Below, one piece after another: positions 1 to 10,458 of a stretch of DNA of 15,755 nt. The notes below the pieces were generated by a model, which did not search any database, was not told where the DNA came from, and was given only the letters and a program-made list of their open reading frames with translations. The translations under genes and the position numbers were made by a program. The first letter of the stretch is position 1. Each line of letters starts with the position of its first letter. Source of the DNA: a virus (taxonomy: Duplodnaviria; Heunggongvirae; Uroviricota; Caudoviricetes); IMG/VR virus record IMGVR_UViG_2690316188_000011; one strand, given 5' to 3'.

Positions 1-297
1 CAGATCTCCAGCCAGGGACTATTGAGTACGAACGCCATCGACTTACGCGTGCGCAGGCCGACGCACAGGAACTGAAGAATGCCAGAGACTCCGCTGAAGT
101 GGTGGAAACCGCATTCTGTACTTTCGTGTTGTCGCGGATCGCAGGTGAAATTGCCAGTATTCTCGACGGGATCCCCCTGTCGGTGCAGCGGCGTTTTCCG
201 GAACTGGAAAACCGACATGTTGATTTCCTGAAACGGGATATCATCAAAGCCATGAACAAAGCAGCCGCGCTGGATGAACTGATACCGGGGTTGCTGA

Positions 298-323
<26 letters not shown>
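1..323 (+). CDS. nu1: Terminase small subunit gpNu1, 3' portion (gene wraps the circular junction; 5' portion at 15448-15755)
   Basis: Frame enters at the window edge with no start codon. Translation (...[55 protein letters not shown]...EYIEQSG) is the C-terminal half of lambda Nu1 as I recall it. Bases 1-85 are identical to 15671-15755. The stop at 321-323 lies 26 nt inside the next gene, as in lambda. The ORF-track entry 99-323 is an internal Met of this gene. Confidence 0.95.
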
Positions 324-4004
<3,681 letters not shown>

Positions 4005-4024
<20 letters not shown>

Positions 4025-5324
4025 TCTCCCGCATATTGCCAGCATGGCCTTTAATGAGCCGCTGATGCTTGAACCCGCCTATGCGCGGGTTTTCTTTTGT
4101 GCGCTTGCAGGCCAGCTTGGGATCAGCCGCCTGACGGATGCGGTGTCCGGCGACAGCCTGACTGCCCAGGAGGCACTCGCGACGCTGGCATTATCCGGTG
4201 ATGATGACGGACCACGACAGGCCCGCAGTTATCAGGTCATGAACGGCATCGCCGTGCTGCCGGTGTCCGGCACGCTGGTCAGCCGGACGCGGGCGCTGCA
4301 GCCGTACTCGGGGATGACCGGTTACAACGGCATTATCGCCCGTCTGCAACAGGCTGCCAGCGACCCGATGGTGGACGGCATTCTGCTCGATATGGACACG
4401 CCAGGCGGAATGGTGGCGGGGGCATTTGACTGCGCTGACATCATCGCCCGTGTGCGAGACATAAAACCGGTATGGGCGCTGGCCAACGACATGAACTGCA
4501 GTGCAGGTCAGCTGCTTGCCAGTGCCGCCTCCCGGCGTCTGGTCACGCAGACCGCCCGGACAGGCTCCATCGGCGTCATGATGGCTCACAGTAATTACGG
4601 TGCTGCCCTGGAGAAACAGGGTGTGGAAATCACGCTGATTTACAGCGGCAGCCATAAGGTGGATGGCAATCCCTACAGCCATCTTCCGGATGACGTCCGG
4701 GAGACACTGCAGTCCCGGATGGACGCAACCCGCCAGATGTTTGCGCAGAAGGTGTCGGCATATACCGGCCTGTCTGTGCAGGCTGTGCTGGATACCGAGG
4801 CTGCAGTGTACAGCGGTCAGGAGGCCATTGATGCCGGACTGGCTGATGAACTTGTTAACAGCACCGATGCGATCACCGTCATGCGTGATGCACTGGATGC
4901 GCGTAAATCCCGTCTCTCAGGAGGACGAATGACCAAAGAGACTCAATCAACAACTGTTTCAGCCACTGCTTCGCAGACTGACGTTACTGACGTGGTGCCA
5001 GCGACGGAGGGCGAAAACGCCAGCGCGGCGCAGCCGGACGTGAACGCGCAGATCACCGCTGCGGTTGCGGCAGAAAATAGCCGCATTATGGGGATCCTCA
5101 ACTGTGAGGAGGCTCACGGACGCGAAGAACAGGCCCGCGTGCTGGCAGAAACCCCCGGTATGACCGTGGAAACGGCCCGCCGCATTCTGGCAGCTGCACC
5201 ACAGAGTGCACAGGCGCGCAGTGACACTGCGCTGGATCGTCTGATGCAGGGGGCACCGGCACCGCTGGCTGCAGGTAACCCGGCATCTGATGCCGTTAAC
5301 GATTTGCTGAACACACCAGTGTAA
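4005..5324 (+). CDS. C: Capsid assembly protease / minor capsid protein gpC (GTG start)
   Basis: The ORF-track frame 3858-5324 contains the lambda gpC sequence from VTAELRNLPHIASMAFNEPLMLEP onward. GTG at 4005 is in frame and preceded by GAGGAGGAG (3992-4000); this gives a 439-aa product, the length of lambda gpC. The 5' end overlaps the B stop at 4022-4024. Confidence 0.9.
4719..5324 (+). CDS. nu3: Scaffolding protein Nu3, nested in frame within the 3' part of C
   Basis: In lambda, Nu3 is translated from an internal in-frame start in the last third of C. An in-frame ATG (MDATRQMFAQKVSAYTGL...) is present at 4719, the equivalent position. Not distinguishable from C by sequence alone. Confidence 0.55.
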   Translation: MDATRQMFAQKVSAYTGLSVQAVLDTEAAVYSGQEAIDAGLADELVNSTDAITVMRDALDARKSRLSGGRMTKETQSTTVSATASQTDVTDVVPATEGENASAAQPDVNAQITAAVAAENSRIMGILNCEEAHGREEQARVLAETPGMTVETARRILAAAPQSAQARSDTALDRLMQGAPAPLAAGNPASDAVNDLLNTPV

Positions 5325-5333
5325 GGGATGTTT

Positions 5334-5666
5334 ATGACGAGCAAAGAAACCTTTACCCATTACCAGCCGCTGGGCAACAGTGACCCGGCACATACGGCAA
5401 CCGCGCCCGGCGGATTGAGTGCGAAAGCGCCTGCAATGACCCCGCTGATGCTGGACACCTCCACCCGTAAGCTGGTTGCGTGGGATGGCACCACCGACGG
5501 TACTGCCGTTGGCATTCTGGCGGTTGATGCTGACCAGACCAGCACCACGCTGACGTTCTACAAGTCCGGCACGTTCCGTTATGAGGATGTGCTCTGGCCG
5601 GAGGCTGCCAGCGACGAGACGAAAAAACGGACCGCGTTTGCCGGAACGGCAATCAGCATCGTTTAA
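5334..5666 (+). CDS. D: Head decoration protein gpD
   Basis: 110-aa product from ATG 5334 ([43 protein letters not shown]...[11 protein letters not shown]) matches lambda gpD with about three substitutions. RBS AGGGA upstream. The ORF-track start at 5328 adds two residues absent from lambda D. Confidence 0.95.
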   Translation: MTSKETFTHYQPLGNSDPAHTATAPGGLSAKAPAMTPLMLDTSTRKLVAWDGTTDGTAVGILAVDADQTSTTLTFYKSGTFRYEDVLWPEAASDETKKRTAFAGTAISIV

Positions 5667-5684
5667 CCTTACCCTTCATCACTA

Positions 5685-5708
5685 AAGGCCGCCTGTGCGG
5701 CTTTTTTT
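5685..5708 (+). terminator. Hairpin plus T-run in the D-E intergenic region (attenuator/terminator-like)
   Basis: GCCGC (5688-5692), loop CTGT, GCGGC (5697-5701), then TTTTTTT (5702-5708). Sits in the 55-nt D-E gap, the same spacing as lambda. Confidence 0.4.
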
Positions 5709-5721
5709 ACGGGATTTTTTT

Positions 5722-5997
5722 ATGTCGATGTACACAACCGCCCAGCTGCTGGCGGCAAATGAGAAGAAATTTAAGTTTGATCCGCTGTTTCTGCGTCTCT
5801 TTTTCCGTGAGAGCTATCCCTTCACCACGGAGAAAGTCTATCTCTCACAAATTCCGGGACTGGTAAACATGGCGCTGTACGTTTCGCCGATTGTTTCCGG
5901 TGAGGTTATCCGCTCCCGTGGCGGCTCCACCTCTGAATTTACACCGGGATATGTCAAGCCGAAGCACTTAGCATGGCTTTCTGAGGCTTTCGTGTAG
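5722..5997 (+). pseudogene. E: Major capsid protein gpE, truncated: 83 N-terminal codons then unrelated sequence and a stop
   Basis: ATG 5722 gives MSMYTTAQLLAANEKKFKFDPLFLRLFFRESYPFTTEKVYLSQIPGLVNMALYVSPIVSGEVIRSRGGSTSEFTPGYVKPKH, colinear with lambda gpE (341 aa in lambda). After codon H83 (ends 5966) the frame reads LAWLSEAFV-stop, which is not E sequence. Downstream DNA is AT-rich and leads into the integrase gene. Confidence 0.85.
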
Positions 5998-6129
5998 TTG
6001 CTGGTTTTTACACTTAATCTTTTGATAATAAAGAATAAGTTTATCTGGTGCTTTCACTGAATTTTCCTCGTTATCTGTGTGTTGCAATCATCTCTGTATT
6101 GCAGCTTGTATTGCTTTTTGGGGCTAAAA

Positions 6130-7365
6130 ATGGCTGGCGAGAACAAACTGAGCGACAAAGCGCTTAAAGGATATCTGGGGAAACCCAGAGAAAAGCAGAT
6201 CACCATTGCTGATGGAAAGGGGCTTTCTATTCGTGTGAGTACTAAAGGGGCTGTGAGCTTTGTTTTCTTCTACAGGTTAGCAGGTGGCCGGGCTGCTCCG
6301 GTCTGGCTAACGTTGGGTAAATATCCTGATATGTCACTCAAACAGGCAAGGGAAAAGCGCGACGAGTGCCGTGGTTGGTTGGCTGACAAACGTGATCCGC
6401 GTATCCAGATTAAGATTCAGGCTGAAGAACGCTTAAAGCCGGTCACAGTGGAGGATGCACTAAATTACTGGTATGAAAATTACTGTAAGGTGCGTCGTAA
6501 AACTCATGCTGTAACGCTTGGCAGATTTCGAAAGCATATCTTTCCCTATATCGGTCATTTGCCCGTAAATGACACTCACCTATATGAATGGCTGGACTGT
6601 TTTGACCGAATTAAACGTAATGCACCAGTTATGGCGGCGTATGTTTTTTCTGACACTAAATTAGCTCTTCGTTTTTGTCGGGTACGCCAGTACGCGACGT
6701 GTGATGCTTTAAAGGATTTGCGCATGAGTGATGTGGGGCAGATTGCAGGTAAGCGGGATCGGGTTCTGGATGAAGCCGAACTCGGCCAGCTCTGGAAGGC
6801 AATTTTTGTCGAGCCTGATTTAAAACTAATGTCTGAATACACGCGAAAAATGTTTGTGCTTTGTACAGTATTTGGATGTCGAATGAGTGAAGCCCGATTA
6901 TCAGAATGGAGCGAATGGGATCTCGAAAGTTGGGTTTGGACTGTACCAAAAGATCACTCAAAAACTGGTGTTGAAATCGTCAGACCAGTACCTGAAATTC
7001 TACGACAGTGGGTAACGGATGTTCACGAAGAGACAAAACATACTGGTTATGTGCTGGGAAGTCTGCGAATTAGAGAAAGCGTAAGCAAGATTGGGGGGAA
7101 AATCGGTAAACGTTTGGGCCATGAAAAACAATGGTCACTACACGACCTTAGAAGAACGCTATCTACTCATCTAAGTGATCTCGGTGTTGAATTTTATGTA
7201 GTAGAACAACTGTTAGGCCATGCGCTACCTGGCGTGGCAGGTGTTTACAACCGGAGTAAGTTTATGGCTAAAAAACTGGATGCTCTGGAACTCTGGACTA
7301 CATATCTCAATAGCATCGCAGGTGCTGATTCAAAAGTGACAATCCTCAAACAAAAGGCTGGTTAA
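6130..7365 (+). CDS. int: Tyrosine recombinase / integrase, P4-family (PICI / CP4-57-like)
   Basis: Catalytic signature residues are visible: R in GCRMSEARL, H-x-x-R in SLHDLRRTL, H in LLGHALPG, Y in GVYNRSKF. Basic N-terminal arm-binding-like domain (MAGENKLSDKALKGYLGKPREKQITIADGKGLSIRV). Start placed at ATG 6130 rather than the upstream ORF-track start at 6079. Confidence 0.9.
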   Translation: MAGENKLSDKALKGYLGKPREKQITIADGKGLSIRVSTKGAVSFVFFYRLAGGRAAPVWLTLGKYPDMSLKQAREKRDECRGWLADKRDPRIQIKIQAEERLKPVTVEDALNYWYENYCKVRRKTHAVTLGRFRKHIFPYIGHLPVNDTHLYEWLDCFDRIKRNAPVMAAYVFSDTKLALRFCRVRQYATCDALKDLRMSDVGQIAGKRDRVLDEAELGQLWKAIFVEPDLKLMSEYTRKMFVLCTVFGCRMSEARLSEWSEWDLESWVWTVPKDHSKTGVEIVRPVPEILRQWVTDVHEETKHTGYVLGSLRIRESVSKIGGKIGKRLGHEKQWSLHDLRRTLSTHLSDLGVEFYVVEQLLGHALPGVAGVYNRSKFMAKKLDALELWTTYLNSIAGADSKVTILKQKAG

Positions 7366-7366
7366 C

Positions 7367-7588
7367 ATGAAAAAAATGGCAATTGTCGATAAAAAGGGTC
7401 TGGAGTACATTCCTAATATCGATCGTATGATCCGTGAGAAAGAATGTCGGGAGCTAACCACTCTTGCGAACAGCACACGCTGGAAGCTGGAGAAGGAAGG
7501 AAAATTTCCTAAGCGGATCAAGATTGGTTCCACTGCTGTTGCATATCGTCTTTCAGAAGTGCAGGCATGGATTAGGGGAGAGTGGTAA
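7367..7588 (+). CDS. alpA: AlpA-family HTH regulator / excisionase-like protein
   Basis: 73 aa; core ELTTLANSTRWKLEKEGKFPKRIKIGSTAVAYRLSEVQAWI fits the AlpA/MerR-like winged-HTH pattern. Lies immediately after int (stop TAA 7363-7365, start 7367), the usual int-alpA arrangement of Gram-negative PICI/P4-like elements. Confidence 0.8.
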   Translation: MKKMAIVDKKGLEYIPNIDRMIREKECRELTTLANSTRWKLEKEGKFPKRIKIGSTAVAYRLSEVQAWIRGEW

Positions 7589-7607
7589 GAATTTAGACAG
7601 TGGATGT

Positions 7608-7634
7608 AATCCTATGGGGTAAACCCATAGGATT
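7608..7634. terminator. Hairpin between convergent genes (candidate bidirectional terminator)
   Basis: AATCCTATGGG (7608-7618), loop GTAAA, CCCATAGGATT (7624-7634): perfect 11-bp stem. Lies between the alpA stop (7588) and the stop of the leftward 449-aa gene (7640). No strong T-tract on either side, so terminator function is uncertain. Confidence 0.4.
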
Positions 7635-7639
7635 TGAAA

Positions 7640-8989
7640 TCACTTAAATTCAAATACGTGCGTAGTTGATGAGATTATATAATTAGGTGGTAAGTATTGA
7701 ACTATTTCTCCATCTTCTTCAAAAATATGAATAACTCTTGGGAATAATTCAGGGCGTATAGGATTTAATGCCTTCGGATTATGAAACATGTATATTGCTG
7801 TACACCATGGTTCTTGATATGAAGGTGCATTGACAAGAGCAGTAAAAGGCATTGGGGTACAGCCTTCATCAGTTTTAATACCTCTAACGATGGATTTGAC
7901 ATTTTTTTGTTCAATCCCTGCCACTACTCCCATCCTATCAAATTTTGGGATGGTGGCATGTGTCGCAAGTAATATGGCTGAGACATTCTCATTTTTATTA
8001 GAGCCGAAAAAATTAGATTGTATACTTCGATTTTCAAATAAATGTTGTTCAATTTTACTTCCAGAATCCATATCTACACCATACAGATAGCTTTGTAGTG
8101 CTGGCATTGATATACTCATCGAAAATCTGCGTGAGTAATCGTGTAAAGCAATAATGAAAGGCTTTCCTTTTGTATGATCTAGTTCCCAATAGCATAATTT
8201 TAAGGGTTCAGGTTTATGCCTAACTTTCTTTAATAGAGTGCGGGCAAATTTGAATGGCATTTGTTCTTTTACATATCTCTGAAGATCTTCTACTGCCTCA
8301 TGATCAAGTATCAATTTCTCGGTAGGTTCCTCTTGTTCTGCAACTGTGGCAGCTTCTACAGCAATATCAATGCCATTTTTTGAGATAATATAATCAGGTT
8401 GAGCATAATCTCTGCATATTACGAAATCCATTTCGTAGAAAACTGCGTTTAGATAAAGTTCGAATAAGCGAGAGTTAAATGAAGCACTCTGGAAATCTCT
8501 GATGAATATTCCATCAGGATCTTTACACCAATAAGCTAACTCTTGCATAACAATAAATGCAGGATAGTGTTTGGGTTCCTCAAGTAGCATTCTTAGATAA
8601 ACGTTTTTTTTATGTTCTGGAACTTTGGCTAGGAATATTGAAAATGCCGACTCTGATTCGTCACCCTGTATAAAACAACCGTTCTTGTGTAGTGATAATA
8701 GCTCTGGTATGGCTTTTTCCATATCAGTAATTAAATCATCTTTAGATTCACGGGATACAATTACTTTAATCGCTCTAAATTTTTTATCTAAATCCCTACC
8801 TAGAAATATAGCGTTGTAATCATTATCTATTTTACAAAAAACAATTGTTGCTAAGATCGTGACATCATCCTTTATAAATTTGAACCAACAGATTTCCTCC
8901 GAAAAGGTTTTTACGTATGGTGTACGACCATAGAAAAATACATCAAATTGTTCTTTACTGATTTCTAGCATTTTGTGACTTGTTGTCAT
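7640..8989 (-). CDS. Hypothetical 449-aa protein, no family recognised; candidate defence/exclusion cargo
   Basis: Long uninterrupted minus-strand ORF in a visibly AT-rich segment. ATG at 8989 is preceded by AAGGA about 8 nt upstream. Starts 23 nt after the upstream RHH gene stop on the same strand (operon-like). I recognise no catalytic motif with confidence. Confidence 0.7.
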   Translation of the reverse strand: MTTSHKMLEISKEQFDVFFYGRTPYVKTFSEEICWFKFIKDDVTILATIVFCKIDNDYNAIFLGRDLDKKFRAIKVIVSRESKDDLITDMEKAIPELLSLHKNGCFIQGDESESAFSIFLAKVPEHKKNVYLRMLLEEPKHYPAFIVMQELAYWCKDPDGIFIRDFQSASFNSRLFELYLNAVFYEMDFVICRDYAQPDYIISKNGIDIAVEAATVAEQEEPTEKLILDHEAVEDLQRYVKEQMPFKFARTLLKKVRHKPEPLKLCYWELDHTKGKPFIIALHDYSRRFSMSISMPALQSYLYGVDMDSGSKIEQHLFENRSIQSNFFGSNKNENVSAILLATHATIPKFDRMGVVAGIEQKNVKSIVRGIKTDEGCTPMPFTALVNAPSYQEPWCTAIYMFHNPKALNPIRPELFPRVIHIFEEDGEIVQYLPPNYIISSTTHVFEFK

Positions 8990-9012
8990 AGAAGAATCCT
9001 TTATGCAAATTA

Positions 9013-9207
9013 TCAGCCTTTAGGTGTTATTCCTTGTTTTATTAGTTCGGCACGAGCCAGTTCTTTTAGCCAGTTACCTAAGCTCATCCCTTCTTTGGCA
9101 GCGACATTAACCATTTGTTCTTTTAATTCTGGGTTAATACGGACTTGGAATGCTGGTGCTTTACCTGCACCTTTCGGTTGTTTATCACGTTGAATGATAG
9201 TTGACAT
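9013..9207 (-). CDS. Ribbon-helix-helix (Arc/MetJ/CopG-like) DNA-binding protein
   Basis: 64 aa, MSTIIQRDKQPKGAGKAPAFQVRINPELKEQMVNVAAKEGMSLGNWLKELARAELIKQGITPKG. An alternating beta-strand segment (PAFQVRINP) followed by two short helices fits the RHH fold pattern. First gene of the leftward operon; a perfect inverted repeat abuts its start codon. Confidence 0.7.
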   Translation of the reverse strand: MSTIIQRDKQPKGAGKAPAFQVRINPELKEQMVNVAAKEGMSLGNWLKELARAELIKQGITPKG

Positions 9208-9249
9208 GTGTGTACCTATTGCTTAGTATGATTCTTGATAGGTACACAC
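9208..9249. promoter_or_regulatory. Operator-like perfect 12-bp inverted repeat in the divergent promoter region
   Basis: GTGTGTACCTAT (9208-9219) and ATAGGTACACAC (9238-9249) are exact reverse complements, 18 bp apart. The left arm directly abuts the RHH start codon. An extended -10-like TGcTATATA lies at 9265-9273, oriented rightward. Confidence 0.5.
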
Positions 9250-9346
9250 CTTATCATGTTTTATTGCTATATAACAACGCCCTGCAGTGCTCGCAACACA
9301 TACAGGGCGTCTAACCACCAACGATAGCAACAGTATCGAGGTAGCT

Positions 9347-9550
9347 ATGAGAAATCATACCACACACCCGCAAGGGCGGGATTCGCACAACCTGAATAAA
9401 TACATCTGGCGTTTTATCGCCCTGAGCACCGCACAACCACGCGTAATACACATCGAGGCCGCCAGCGAACAGGAAGCCCGCCAGCAATCCCCAACTGGCT
9501 ACGTGATGATATTCGCCGCCCGTATTCGTCAGGAGGTGTGCCGTGCTTAA
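9347..9550 (+). CDS. Hypothetical small protein (67 aa), weakly supported
   Basis: ATG 9347 preceded by GAGG (9338-9341). Its stop overlaps the next gene's start. No recognisable domain. A 98-aa ORF on the opposite strand (9311-9607) overlaps it and cannot be excluded. Confidence 0.3.
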   Translation: MRNHTTHPQGRDSHNLNKYIWRFIALSTAQPRVIHIEAASEQEARQQSPTGYVMIFAARIRQEVCRA

Positions 9551-9728
9551 AACCTTCCGTGTATTTGCCCGAGCTGTTAACCCACTGGGCCACACAATTG
9601 GTATCACTCAGAACGTGAAGGCTGTTAATGTTCAGACGGCTATTGCTGCGGTGAGAAGCGAATCATCAGAATATGGCTTATCACAAGTCATTATTTCAGC
9701 AGTGTATGAATTAAAAGAGGTGCATTAA
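9543..9728 (+). CDS. Hypothetical small protein (61 aa, GTG start)
   Basis: GTG 9543 preceded by AGGAGG (9531-9536) at 6-nt spacing. Stop TAA 9726-9728 overlaps the next ATG (TAATG). Confidence 0.45.
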   Translation: MLKTFRVFARAVNPLGHTIGITQNVKAVNVQTAIAAVRSESSEYGLSQVIISAVYELKEVH

Positions 9729-9919
9729 TGCAGGAAATCACATTACACGAAGCCGCTGAACGTGCGCACCAGACAGAAATTATTTGCCGCCTTCTTGAGG
9801 TATACCCGAACAAAATTACAGATGCTGATATATCCGCGCTGGCGAGCCTACTGGCGCGCCTTTCGGGAAGTGTCGCTAGTTTCCTGATTGAGGAAGAAAG
9901 TAAGCTGGTGGGGGATTAA
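9728..9919 (+). CDS. Hypothetical small protein (63 aa)
   Basis: ATG 9728 preceded by AAAGAGG (9714-9720). Followed immediately by the next ORF (TAA then ATG at 9920). Confidence 0.5.
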   Translation: MQEITLHEAAERAHQTEIICRLLEVYPNKITDADISALASLLARLSGSVASFLIEEESKLVGD

Positions 9920-10141
9920 ATGAATACAGAACGGGAAGTCTTTTTTAAATTGTTAGCATGTGCAGAAAGTTCATTAACTTTAAATAATTCAGCAAAAGCA
10001 ATATTAAATATGTGGCTTGATTGCATAAATGACAATGAAGATGCAAATATTGCTTATGGCCTGTTGTCACTTATTGATGAATCAGCAGAAAAACTCAATG
10101 ACGCAATAAATAGTGCCCTGCTATCAAATAAGTCGAGTTAA
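9920..10141 (+). CDS. Hypothetical small acidic protein (73 aa), markedly AT-rich gene
   Basis: ATG 9920 preceded by GGTGGGGGA (9907-9915). Composition visibly more AT-rich than its neighbours. Product looks helical and acidic (…LIDESAEKLNDAINSALL…). Confidence 0.5.
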   Translation: MNTEREVFFKLLACAESSLTLNNSAKAILNMWLDCINDNEDANIAYGLLSLIDESAEKLNDAINSALLSNKSS

Positions 10142-10158
10142 GTCGAGGAATAAATAAT

Positions 10159-10458
10159 ATGGAAATGAAAAATTCTGGCTTTATTGCCAGCGGCCCCGCT
10201 CGGCCTGAATTTATGAACGGCGATATTTACCGCGATAAATACGGCGGCACGGTAACGATTAAAGGCGTGGCAGAACGGCGCATCACTTACCGCCGTGAGG
10301 GGTATAGCTATGACTGCGTGATGCCTGTTTATCAGTTCCGGCGTGATTTTTCCCTGGTATATGCCGCACCCCGCAGTAAGCCCATCAGCAGGGAAAAAGC
10401 GCGGGGAAACATCCAGAAAATGAAAAGCATGATTAACGCATTCAGGGGCAAAAAATGA
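10159..10458 (+). CDS. Hypothetical 99-aa protein, translationally coupled to the primase gene
   Basis: ATG 10159 with GAGGAA (10145-10150) upstream. Stop TGA 10456-10458 overlaps the primase ATG 10455 (ATGA). Confidence 0.6.
   Translation: MEMKNSGFIASGPARPEFMNGDIYRDKYGGTVTIKGVAERRITYRREGYSYDCVMPVYQFRRDFSLVYAAPRSKPISREKARGNIQKMKSMINAFRGKK

Noticed and set aside
6079-6129. Integrase start at 6079 (MLQSSLYCSLYCFLGLK...)
   Set aside because: The hydrophobic, Cys-rich leader is not integrase-like; ATG 6130 begins the conserved basic N-terminal domain.
9013-9207. Calling the RHH and 449-aa pair a type II toxin-antitoxin system
   Set aside because: RHH proteins are common antitoxins, but the partner is far larger than canonical RelE/ParE-type toxins and has no recognisable toxin motif. 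Kept as a candidate defence operon rather than called a TA system.
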